From Welwitschia mirabilis (Eukaryota), in contig JBOZIK010000001.1 of NCBI GenBank assembly GCA_051453625.1, positions 33,627,155-33,678,891 on the forward strand: a stretch of DNA of 51,737 bases. The letters run 5' to 3'. Numbering within the stretch: the stretch's first letter is position 1; the number at the start of each line of letters is the position of its first letter. Made by a program: the position numbers and the translations under genes. Positions 1 through 11,330 of this stretch are shown one piece after another. The notes below the pieces were generated by a model. It saw only the letters and a program-made list of their open reading frames with translations, was not told where the DNA came from and ran no database searches.

Positions 1-1007
1 TCTGTGGCTTAATAAAAGTAAATGCAGCACTTCTCATGTAGATGATATAATCTAGGAATAATGAAGTGCTATAAATCTGACTTCTTATGCAAAGATATAA
101 TAAATGTTCATCTTTGGTTAGGAATGTAATGGTAAAAGAGTACAATGATAAACCCACAAGATTCAATAGCTCAGAAAAAAGATCTATAATGATTTTACTT
201 TTGTCTATTTATAATGAAAGGCTTTTAGAATTGTTACAAGTAAAAAAATTCTTCCAATAGTTATAAAATGGCTACTTAATATATAAAATTTATGTTTTTA
301 TTTTGACTAGTCGAGCCCTTAAATGTTTGGTTAATCCTCCTAGTATTGTCACTTAAACAAGTCGCCTGAGTAACCTTTTCAAGCACTCCAGTCTCTTATA
401 GCTCCATGTTTAGTTGACCCCTCAGGGCTCGGTTGACTGCTTATTTGGTCACGTGCATACCTATCCAGTCACTTGATTAGTCCTAAAAAACCACCCTAGT
501 TTTCTACATTAGATCTGATCACTCCCTTAGATATCTAATCGATCCCTTGTTGATTGCATGTAAAGAATTGATGCTCAATTCTCAGGTTCAGTCAACCTCT
601 TCAGTGTCTAGTTAACCCCTTGATGATTGGTTTAGAAGTATCAAGTGCACAGTGCTTAGGTTTATTCGATTACTTATAGGTCTGGTCGACCCCTTGATGA
701 TTAGTCCAAGAGTACGACTCTCAGGTTCACAGGTTCGGTCGACCCCTTACAAGTCTGATCAACTCCTCTGAATTTAATTCATTTTTGAGAGTTTGCTCTA
801 GGTATGGTTGATTGCTTAGAAGTTCAGTTGACCCCTTAAGAGGGTAACAACACTTAACAGGTTTCAGGATTAAAATATGTTCAGGATCAAAATATGACAT
901 TCATTACTTCAGCTTCTGATCTATAAGAAATCAATGCACAAGATACAATAAATTTTGCTACACAGAAAACATTAGTTTGACATCAATTGACAATTCATAA
1001 TTCAATA
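1..1007 (-). mobile_element. Sirevirus-like copia LTR (family C), cut by the window edge; 5' or solo LTR
   Basis: The reverse complement of 940-1007 (tattgaattatgaattgtcaattgatgtcaaactaatg...) aligns with the LTR start at 48362 (tgtgagattatgttttaccaattgatgttaaactgatg...). It carries the same GGTCGACC-type motif array. No PPT lies beyond 1007. Confidence 0.8.
300..840 (-). repeat. Array of degenerate palindromic motifs (ggtcgacccc / gttgacccc / gttaacccc) inside the LTR
   Basis: Copies include gttgacccc 413, gttaacccc 610, ggtcgacccc 684 and 737, gttgacccc 826. It mirrors the array at 48520-49130. Confidence 0.8.
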
Positions 1008-2589
1008 ATTTGTACCTTAAAAATTTGCATTTTGGAAGCTATAATTTACATGTTTCTATTTATTTTTGAGTTAAATTTGATGTCTTCATGTAATATATGT
1101 TATAAGGGACAAAATTGAGTTAATTTAATTTTTTGATTTTAAGGTAGTTATTTTTAAAATACTTATATTGTTGTAGCATCATTTCCATAAGTAACTTAAT
1201 ACTTTAGTACCATTTGAAAGTTCTCAAAATCCAAGCATGAATCACATGTAAAATCTAATGGCTTAGGTAACTCTTTGCCCTAAAACTAATCTAAGTGTAC
1301 CTATAAAAATACCCTCAATGCCTAAACTTATATAATAGCATTATTCTATTAAATTTATGTCATTTGATGCTCTTAGGTTGAATTCAAGCCATTATTGAGC
1401 ATTAGAAGAAGATTTTCTATTTCATTTCTCTCATATTTCTTTATTTCCAAGTTGAGTGTTTATATATATCAGCTTTGAAAGCCTTATAAATTCTTCATGC
1501 TCATATTTTACTATTACATAAATCCATTTTAAACCTTTTACATCCTCTTACATTCCATTTTTCATCACCTTTTCCCCATTTTTATCCATTGGGAGGGCAT
1601 TATAAGGGTGGTGAAGTGCATGTAAATAGATGATGCAAGTGGGGCAGAAGGCATTAAATCTTGTAAGAAATTGGATTAAAAAATACTGAAAAGAACTATG
1701 ATTTCATCTAAAATCAATAAATGTTCTTTTTTCTTATGTTTTTATGCTTTTGAGTACTTGATCCATGCATTTTTATTATGTTTTTCTTTTAATTGATTAG
1801 ACTTCCTAGAGCATGTTGCATAACTAGTGCTAACTAGATTATTATGCATTTAGTACCTAGCATAGCATACTATAATTTTGCATAGTTGGTTACTATATGT
1901 CAAATAAATCATATTTTTTTTACTCTTCTCTCTCATTTCCTCCATTCTTCTCATATTTTAGTACATTTTCTCATGATTCCACCTTTTTTTTAAGCAAGTG
2001 ATGCTGAATTTATATTTATCTTTTGCAATAGTAGTAGTTTCATACATAAATATGTTATTTATATTTTTATAAAATCAAATTACTTATTTTTGCATGGATT
2101 CTTCTCTTTGCTTTATTCTCTTCCCAAAATCAAAGTAGACTAGTAAATTTTAGTACTTATTTTGATCATAATGCATTTTCAGTAAGTATAATAGTTTTAA
2201 AATTTTATTAATAGATTTATTTCATTATTTAGAAAGTTTCATCCTTAATTAGTTATAACTTAAATTTGGCCTCTAAAACCCCTTTTCTAGCTATTTACAG
2301 TCAAAGTTACAGTTTTATGTTAAAAAATTTAAATTATAAATCTTAATTTTCTTGTTCTTTCATAACAAATTTTTCTATAATTATTGATATGTTTTTAGAA
2401 ATTTCAAGATCTTTTATTATATTATTTTTTGATTAATTTCAAAATATACAATCTAATTCTCAAGTTTATAATTTTCTTAATATTCTTAGTTAAAATAGTG
2501 TTGACTGCAATTTTGTAGTTTTTTTAGGTGATTCCAAATTTTCTTAGTTATATATGCATTTGTTTAAAGATATTTTTACTTCTAGAGCT

Positions 2590-3890
2590 ATCAATGTGCC
2601 ATGGAGAACAATGAGTAATATTTTATTTAGACACTCTAGAATGAATTTATTTAAAAATATAAAGCATACAGATATGATTCCTAATTCTTTCATTCTTAGT
2701 TTAACTACGTTCTACAATATTATAGTGAAAGAAGATGAATACAGTTATTGTAAACTAATGTAAACTTTTTTAATGTTATATTTACTCACTGGTTTGAAGA
2801 TAGATTTGGGTTTTATCCCATGTATGAATATTATCACTCTATTTTGAAAGGGTCATACTTTGGGTTACTCTTGTCTTATTGGTTTAATTATTAGTAGTGC
2901 TAGCATAGTAGTTCCTCAAATAAATCTTATTTACCAAAATAAACCTCTATCTAAATTTAGTGAAAAACAAAGAGCACCAGTGCTACTAGCTAAGGGTATA
3001 AGTAGGAGGCCATCACAATTTTAGAGGTCTTACTCCACTGTTATATATATTTCATTATCCATAAAGAATGGGATAAAGGCAAGAGAAAAAATGGTTGAAA
3101 AAATTGATGAAAATTTATTTAGATTGAAGAAACATGGGTCTATAGCTAGTGAGGATGAAGTACTATCAAATAGTTAGGAATCAATGAGGGCTCCCACATG
3201 GATAAACTTGAAATAAGAATTAAAAAATAAGCATCTCTAGCTCCATAAGGAGTCGGTTATGACTTTAGTAAAGTACCAAACAATGATTCTATAGAAGAGT
3301 CATGAGGAGATAAGGCATGAATTCAAGGGAAGTATTAGGCTCTTATGAAGGTACAAGTGTAGAATAAGCAACAAGTTCCAGGTCCTTTATAGCAAAGGCA
3401 ATAGGAGATAGAGTCAAAGAGCTTAAATGTTCAACTTCTTATCTTCCATCCATGTTACAAGATATCAATTCGTCATCCTTCTTAGCTACCATCACCTCCT
3501 AGACCCCCATCTCCATCACGTATAACATCTCCACCTCCACTGAATATATCCTCTCCACCTCCATCTCACACAAAGCCTATTCATATGCCACCACTTTCTA
3601 CCATTTAATTACCATCATCCTTTGTTAAAAATACCATAGCCAGTCTCTTTGGATTGTTCATTACTCCTTAAACATATCAATGTGTGAGGTGATAGGTCTA
3701 TGGGAGCCCTATTAAAATCCCCCATCATTCTTCTGGAAAGAGCTATATTCTACCATCCACATCTGCCTCATCTTATCTCATACAGACTTCTATCACCCAT
3801 GACAATGATAATGATAGTGACAAAGAAGGTGAAGGCACATATTATACTAGTGACTCTTCTCTCAATGATTAGATCCTTTTATCTATAATC
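2590..3890 (+). pseudogene. Degenerate env-like / extra 3' ORF of a Sirevirus-like element
   Basis: Fragmentary translations: ILSLTTFYNIIVKEDEYSY, MLYLLTGLKIDLGFIPCMNIITLF, Pro/Ser-rich PSPPRPPSPSRITSPPPL (~3489-3545), acidic DDNDNDSDKEGEG (~3798-3836). It lies directly upstream of PPT copies and an LTR, the usual position of the Sirevirus env-like ORF. Confidence 0.5.
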
Positions 3891-4456
3891 TAAAAATGGG
3901 GAGAAGGAATGATAAATTAGTTATTAGTATAAGGACATCTTGTTAGGCATGGATTACTTAACTTAAAGATGATGAATTGGATCCCTAAGTGACATCCTTG
4001 TTGATTGATGATTACTCTTAATTATTTGACATACATTACCATGCCTTGTCATTTCTATCCTTACTGTTATTTAGCACATTTTGTTGTTAGCACACTTTAT
4101 TATTATCTTTACTATTAGCATACTATCATACTTTAATTATTTCCTATTGGCACATTTTCATGATCCTTAATTATGTATTGATTGACATATTTTTAATGAT
4201 ATGCTCTAATTTTTATTATCAGCACATTATCATGAGCACATTTTTCATGATTAATTGAAAATTTTCTTAAATAGTATTATTAAATATTTATGTATCTTTG
4301 TTAATCTCTACATGGTTATTCAAGTGCATAAACTCATAATGTATTAAATACTTTTGTAAAATATGCTTATGTGCCTTTCTATCTTGAATATGAGTACCTA
4401 ACTTTAGTTGATTGAATAAGATTATGCTAATAAGGTTTTCCAATTTTAGACATCAC

Positions 4457-4469
4457 CAAAGGGGGGATA
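4457..4469 (+). promoter_or_regulatory. Polypurine tract; a second PPT-like copy at ~3892-3907
   Basis: caccaaaggggggatat immediately precedes the LTR start, and aaaaatggggagaagg lies upstream. Multiple PPT copies are a known Sirevirus trait. Confidence 0.75.
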
Positions 4470-4748
4470 TTATTGGTCAATTTAGTCTTTATGATTTTAC
4501 TTATCAAATATTTGTGTCATTGTGTAGATAAGTCATTATAAAGAAAATTAGATCATGATAAGCATAAGATGATGTCAGACCTTTAAGATGATATCTCATA
4601 AAAAGCTTAGAATTGTAATTTCCAAATAAGTTAACTAAAGATGCCTATAGAATGCAAGGCATCTATGGTAAAGACATCTAGATCCTTAAATACATCTATG
4701 AAAGACATATATAGATGAAAGATCTTTATGATATACAAGCTTTCAAGT

Positions 4749-4822
4749 CATAGGCTAAAGATAACTATTTTAACAAAGATGGCCATGGGCTAAAGATAAC
4801 TATCTTAACAAAGATGGGCATG
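4749..4822 (+). repeat. 35-bp tandem duplication
   Basis: ggctaaagataactat(t/c)ttaacaaagatgg(c/g)catg starts at 4753 and 4788. Confidence 0.9.
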
Positions 4823-5619
4823 CTGAAAGTTGGATCTAACACTGATAAAAGACATTTACATATTTGAAGATGTTTATGCTAAATTGGAATAGAAAATAAA
4901 GTCATTTTATTTTTTGATAAATTTTTCATTTCTAGGTGAGCTATCAAGTTTTTCATTATGGATTCATGATCACAAAGTACTAGAGCTTAAACATTCTAAT
5001 TTTCATCAAGTTCTGGGCACTTTGGATGAAGACATCTATTAGGTAAATATGCTTGACTATTATTAGAGGTTTATAATTTTAAAGGCATATTGGATTAAGA
5101 TTTACATAAACTCAAACAATAGATGTGTTCCTAATGCGTAGACACTTCTATCCATTTCATGGTAGTTACAAAGTTTAAAGGACTATCATTTGAGATCAAA
5201 TAGCTATAATATCCTTAACGATATAGAGGTACAACATGAAAAACATATCAAATAATAATCAACTTCCAAGGTAGATAATAAATGAATCTAGTACAAGAAA
5301 ATATATGCATGGGTGATTGGAACTACTCATGAAGTATCAAAAGCTATCATTTGAAAGAAATCTTAGTGTTTATATCTTTTATTCTTGGATCCTATATTGT
5401 TGCATCATTTATTTACACTCTTGATGATGATGATAATAAATAACTCAAGCTATCTTCAAAGAAACATAATTTATGCTTATTGTTATATCTGTTCATTGGA
5501 TCTTACATTGTTTGGACTATTTCATTCTTGAATATTATTATACAATTAATTATTATATTATCAAACTCTGTAAGGCAACCCTTATATAGTTGTGCATCGA
5601 GGTTCTGCTTATGAGCATT

Positions 5620-5945
5620 AGTATTATTATATTTCCCTAAAGGGTAGAGTTTGCTACTTTGTAAGAAGAATCTCATATTATTGTTGTATTTCCTTAAGAA
5701 GAAGAGTTTTCTATCTTGTAAGGAGAATCTCATATTGTTGTTGTATTTTTTTAAGAGGAAGATAGTGCTACCTTGTGAGGAAACTCTCATATTATTGTAA
5801 CATTAGTAATGAGTAAAAATTACTATTTTCTTAAGGTAAGAGGTTCCCGTCTTGCAGGGAGAATCTCACTTTGTGATTGTACCTATGTCCATATTTCCCT
5901 AAGGAGAAGAGAATGCTACCTTAAGAGGAGAATATCATATCATTG
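5620..5945 (+). repeat. ~57-bp tandem repeat, about 5 copies, in the LTR
   Basis: Unit ~tatttccctaaggagaagagtttgctaccttgtaaggagaatctcatattattgttg; unit ends at 5676, 5733 and 5790 (period 57), with spaced copies at ~5823-5870 and ~5892-5942. Confidence 0.85.
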
Positions 5946-6162
5946 TGAGGTTTTTGATGAGTAAAAACCACTATTTCTTATAGGTTAATAATATCTAGAG
6001 GTATGATAGGAAGCTACCCTCCATGCATGGATGTACCTAGATTAGAAAACCACACTATCTTACTAAGGTATTTGTTATATTGTGTTCTTTAATTTGTTAT
6101 TAGTGAAAAGTTTTACTTGGTAGAACTCATTCACCCCTCACCTCTAAGTTTATTGATCCTCA

Positions 6163-7495
6163 ATATCTAAGGCTTAGGAGAAATTCTTATGATTCTTTTA
6201 TTGGTAATTCATGTTCTCTTTCCTTAGAGAATNNNNNNNNNNNNNNNNNNNNNNNNNNNNNNNNNNNNNNNNNNNNNNNNNNNNNNNNNNNNNNNNNNNN
6301 NNNNNNNNNNNNNNNNNNNNNNNNNNNNNNNNNNNNNNNNNNNNNNNNNNNNNNNNNNNNNNNNNNNNNNNNNNNNNNNNNNNNNNNNNNNNNNNNNNNN
6401 NNNNNNNNNNNNNNNNNNNNNNNNNNNNNNNNNNNNNNNNNNNNNNNNNNNNNNNNNNNNNNNNNNNNNNNNNNNNNNNNNNNNNNNNNNNNNNNNNNNN
6501 NNNNNNNNNNNNNNNNNNNNNNNNNNNNNNNNNNNNNNNNNNNNNNNNNNNNNNNNNNNNNNNNNNNNNNNNNNNNNNNNNNNNNNNNNNNNNNNNNNNN
6601 NNNNNNNNNNNNNNNNNNNNNNNNNNNNNNNNNNNNNNNNNNNNNNNNNNNNNNNNNNNNNNNNNNNNNNNNNNNNNNNNNNNNNNNNNNNNNNNNNNNN
6701 NNNNNNNNNNNNNNNNNNNNNNNNNNNNNNNNNNNNNNNNNNNNNNNNNNNNNNNNNNNNNNNNNNNNNNNNNNNNNNNNNNNNNNNNNNNNNNNNNNNN
6801 NNNNNNNNNTCTTTTATTGGTAATTCATGTTCTCTTACCTTAGAGAATTTATTTTCTAATTTGGAAAAAAATGAAAATAAAAGTTATATTCAAATTAGCC
6901 CATGTTTTAATCAATAGGGATTCAATGGTGTATATCCAAGACTTAGCTTTTTCTTTCAAGAAGAAGGGAAAAAAAGTTAGTCTTATGGTATCATAGGTGT
7001 TAAGTATTATGAATAGATAGATAACACATATTCAAATTATGTAAGATGTAGATAAGAATCTTTAGATTCTAAGCCATGAAAGTAAGGGGATTGTGCATTG
7101 CTTGAATTCTAGCCTTTGTGCTAACAGTTATTAGGCTATGCATGAGGATTTTCCTAAATATTGTAGTTGTAAGTAGTCATGAAGGATTTACTTAAGATAA
7201 TTGGATTGGTTCTATGAGTTATTCTAATTAAGGTTTTTAGCCTTTTCTTGGCTAAGGTAATAGGTGTTTAGGTGGTCTATGAACCTTTGTTTGATTGAGG
7301 TATATTAAAATTATATTGAAAATTGGATTGAACATTTGGATTTTGTTGGAAAGTTAAGGCTTATTCTCCTTATGGGTTATTATTAGGTTGATTTTAATAA
7401 GGGATTCTTTATTCTTCATTTTCTTTAGTATTAAAGTCCATGTTGTTAAAGGGATTTTTAACTAGTTAACCTATTTAATCATGGATCCAAGGCAT
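6163..7495 (-). pseudogene. gag: Athila-type gag remnant (spans gap 6233-6809)
   Basis: Minus-strand translations: MPWIHD (start 7495), PYFHGLESKDSYLHLT*FE (~7030-7087), RLTFFPFFLKEKAKSWIYT (~6927-6983). These are Retrotrans_gag-type motifs. Confidence 0.8.
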
Positions 7496-8139
7496 GCAAT
7501 ATTTAAACTTTCTTAACAAATAGGTTTTAAACAAGTTACAAAAGATTCACTTTTAATTTTAGAAGGTTTTTCATAGAAACCCTAAAGGCTTGGTAAGGGA
7601 ATATGGTGACGTTGATCAACTTAAAATTTTTAATTTGGGAAAAGAGTGATAGGATTATGAGACTTATACAAAATGTTTAGACTTACAGGTGTAGAAAAGT
7701 TTTTAGAAAAAGAAACTAAAAATTTATAGAAAAAATTATAGAAAATTGGAAACACAAAACATTAGAGTTTAAATCAAGTGTTTTTGCTTTTATGATCTTA
7801 GTTTTGATTATGACCTACAGAAACATCATTAGAACTAAAACAAAAAATATTAGATATGGATATAATTTTTAGTGTTAAGTTAGAAAATACAAAAAACTTA
7901 AAGATCAAACTAGTTTAAATTTCATTGGAAAATGTCTAGTACTTGTCATTGGAGTAAAAATAAAAAGAAAAAATAAACACTCAAAAAAAAGGAAAAATAA
8001 ACACTCAAAAATAAAAATAAAAAGGACTAGTTCTAGTTTCACTAGAAGAGAAGTAGTGCCAATCACTGAAAAAATAAAAACTAACTAAAAAATTACAAAA
8101 ATAAAAATTATGCACTTTTGAAATACTATCATGCCAATG

Positions 8140-8157
8140 TCCTTGGTAACAGTGCCA
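8140..8157 (-). promoter_or_regulatory. Primer binding site, Athila-type (tRNA-Asp class)
   Basis: Reverse complement tggcactgttaccaagga vs consensus TGGCGCCGTTGCCGGGGA: 13/18, with all mismatches transitions. Confidence 0.8.
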
Positions 8158-8254
8158 AAAATCTATTTGGTATGAATTAGGTTATTTGTTAGAGTAAAAA
8201 TTATGAACATCAAATAAACTAGTAAGAACCCCACATCATTCCTCCACAAAGATA

Positions 8255-10722
8255 TTTATGGTAAAATAATTAAAAAAAATAATGTTCAATAAGAAAAAAA
8301 AATATGTATCCACTTCCCATCTTTTTAATATGTTACATCTTGACTTAGTCAGTCCATATCAAGTCAAAATTATTAGTAAAAAATGATACTATCTAAGTAG
8401 TATTAATGGTTATTCTCATTTTATATGGGTGTGTTTTATTGCTTATAAGGATGAGTCTTGTAAGTATTTCTCTAATATGTGAATTAGTTATAAAATGAGA
8501 AAGGTTACCCCTCAAGGTCATCTAAAGTAACAATGATGGATAATTCAAAAATACATGCTTTAAGAACTTTATGAATGATACATTATATATCATCAATTCT
8601 ATGCTTTAAGAACACCACAACAAAATGGAGTTATGAGATGGAATGATAAGAACCATGTTGCATGACCAAAATGTAGCTTATCATAATTATACTAAAGCTA
8701 TGAATATTACCTATAATGTCTTCAATCATGTTATGATAAGCTAATTTACAAACAAGAATCCATATAAACTATGATACGGTAATAGACCCTCTATAAGCTA
8801 TTTTTACATTTTTAATTCACAATGTTATAGTATAAACGGAAAAAAAGTAGCTTAGAAAGTTTGATTCCAAGGACAATAAAGGTTTTTTTTCCTTTGAATA
8901 TTCTATGGTTAGAAGACTATAAATAGTTTATAAAAAATTAAATCTAGCCATATAAGAAATAATCAACATAAAAATCAATGATTCTTACATTCAAACTTTT
9001 TCTTATATGCAAGATGATAAGGATGATGAATAAAATTAATTTACTATAAAGTGCAACCATTAGAATCTGATAGTGATATAGATGTTACCATCGAGAGAAG
9101 CATATTAAAGTATTCCAACATAAGCAATCAAATAAGGCTTTCTTTCTTAGTAACATAATTAAAATCTTTTAGACTTATGTTAAAATAAGGAAATCTTCAC
9201 ATGAATTTTGTGGGTATGCTACTTTCATCTCTCAAATAAGCCTAAAAGTCTTAGAGCTGCTAAGGATGATAAAAGCTAGTTATTAGCTATGCAAAAGGAG
9301 CTAATCCAATTTTAGAGATATGATGTGTGAAATCTAGTACCTAGACCTTTAAACCATCTAATCATAGGGAAAAAAGGGATATTTAAAAATTAAATAGATA
9401 AGAATGGAAATGTGGTTGTAAATAAAGCATGTTTTATTACTAAAGGTTACAATTAACATAAGGGAATAGATTTTGAGGTAACCTTTGCCTCTATTACTAT
9501 ATGAAATTAATTAGAATGTCGATGGTGCTTACATGCTTTAAAGCCTTATATTATATCAAATGGATGTTACAAGTACATTATTAAATGAATTTATCCAAGA
9601 AGAAATATATGTTAAGAAATTTAAAGAATTTATTAGCTCACATAAGAGTAATTATCTTTATAGGTTGAAGAAGGATTTACAAAGCCTATAATAAGCACTT
9701 TAATAATGATATAAATGTCTTTCTAAAAATCTCACTGATAATGGATTCAAAAGAGTTACATTAGATATAACTCTATTTACTAAATTTATCAACCATGATT
9801 ATGTGCATAACATGATCTTTAGTTCTACTAATCACTTCTTGTGTAAGAGATTTTCTAGACCTATTAATGATGAATTTGAACTAAAGATGATTAATGAGAT
9901 GAAAAACTTCCTTAGATTAAAATTTGTACAATGCATAAAAGGTATATTTGTTTAAGAATCAAAACATATTAAGAATTTATTTGTAAAGTACAAGTCATAG
10001 CATGTGAAGCTAAAAGAAATATCTATCGTCCTAACTATAAATCTAGAGAAGGAGGAACTCATTAAGAAATTTCATCAAAAATTATAAAGGGGTATGATTG
10101 GAAGTTTACTTTATCTTACTACCTCTAGAGTTGACATCATTCTAAGTATAGGAATATGTGCTTATTATTGGAGCAATCCCAAAAAATAACATTTAAAGGT
10201 TATTAAACAAATATTTCCTTATTTAAAGGGTACTAAAACTAGATTCTTTGGTATCCTAGATCTTCATATTGTTGGGTATTGTGATGAAAATTGAGCATGT
10301 TTTAAATATGATAAGTAAAGTATAAGTGGGTGTTACTATTTCCTTAATTAATTCTTAATGACATGGAGTAATAAGAAAAACAGTTCCACACCCCTTTCAA
10401 CTGAAGAAGCTATGTACATTGCTACTAGAGCCTAGTGTGCATAAATTCTAAGGATAAGATAAATGTTTAAAGACTTTGATATGATAATGGATTCTATTCT
10501 GGTGTATAATAATAATAAGAGCACTATCAAGATATCAAATAATTCATTTTTCATTCTTGAATTAAGGACATAGAAATTCATTACCATTTTCTTCATGATC
10601 ATGTGTAAAGTAGAGATACTAGTTTCAAGTATGTCAAGATAGATGATAAGTTGGCTAAAATTTTCATCAAACCTTTAGATGAAGTAAGATTCAATAAGCT
10701 ATGTAAAGATTAGGAGTTTTAG
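8255..10722 (+). pseudogene. pol: Ty1/copia (Sirevirus-like) pol relic: integrase, RT, RNase H
   Basis: MLHLDLVSP (~8330), RTPQQNGV (8609), LLAMQKELIQF*RYDV*NLVPRP (~9280), KGYN*HKGIDFEVTFA, LYQMDV, YVHN at the YVDD position (~9800), GMIGSLLYLTTSRVDI, IVGYCD, LSTEEAMYIA, KDIEIHYHFLHDHV, IFIKPL. Many stops and frameshifts. Confidence 0.93.
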
Positions 10723-10869
10723 AAATGCCTAATGAGGTAAATTAGAAGTATGCAACCTTCTATTAACTCCTATTATTATTTTTCTCAATGTTTATTTATC
10801 TATAGTTGTTATCTATTAATGATAGTTTCATCATGCATATTATACTATATGAAAGTTTTTTGAGCATTT

Positions 10870-11330
10870 TATCTATAGATGTCTCTTATTATGTAGACAT
10901 CTCTACATGTCATAGACATCTTATATTCTTGGAGACATATCTTACGTTTCATTTGTTTTTGCATTTTTTTAATAGTTAAGAGATCTTGTAATAATTAGCT
11001 ATCTCATTTTCAAAATTTTCTATGCAAACTAAGTGGAGGCATATTTTTAGGTTATAGATGTCTCTCTTGTTAAAGTATTTATTTTTCAGATTCAATTGAG
11101 CAAGGAATTTCCTATGTTGTAGATGTCTTTAGATCATGTTTTAGATATTTTTAACTTCAAATCCATTCATAATTTGAATAAAATTATGGTTAAAAGTTCT
11201 GTTAGACATTTTTAAAAAGATAAATCATTTCCTGTGATAACCATTTTTTACTTTACATGAGCTAGATGTCTTTGACTTCAGGTTCTCAAGCTCTCTAGCC
11301 TTAAAGTTTTAACATTACAAGACATATCCT
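10870..11330. repeat. Cluster of AGATGTCT/AGACATCT motifs in the post-pol non-coding region
   Basis: Copies at ~10877, 10896, 10914, 11057, 11121, 11264 plus degenerate ones. Same motif as the family D LTRs. Confidence 0.7.

Larger units (their letters stand above)
4471..6162 (+). mobile_element. Sirevirus-like 3' LTR (family D)
   Basis: Follows the PPT, starts tattgg (decayed TGTTGG) and ends attcacccctcacctct...gatcctCA, matching the Sirevirus ATTCACCCCCCTCT LTR-end motif. Both ends align with the LTR at 43868-45451. Confidence 0.85.
6163..8250 (-). mobile_element. 5' part of an Athila-type gypsy element (possible LTR stub, PBS, 5' UTR, gag)
   Basis: PBS at 8140-8157. The 5' UTR motif ggactagttctagtttcactagaag (8023-8047) is shared with 38914 and ~41330. 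Gag motifs follow downstream on the minus strand. Confidence 0.8.

Noticed and set aside
863..896. 17-bp duplication ttcaggat(t/c)aaaatatg (and aaaaataaacactcaaaaa x2 at ~7968-8011)
   Set aside because: Ordinary slippage duplications within TE sequence.
3480..3610. Extensin-like Pro-rich host gene
   Set aside because: Broken by stops, no signal peptide or exon structure, and located in the env-like position of a retroelement.
5503..5790. 95-aa ORF with a repeating KYNNNMRF unit
   Set aside because: Antisense translation of the 57-bp (19-codon) LTR repeat, with no evidence of coding.
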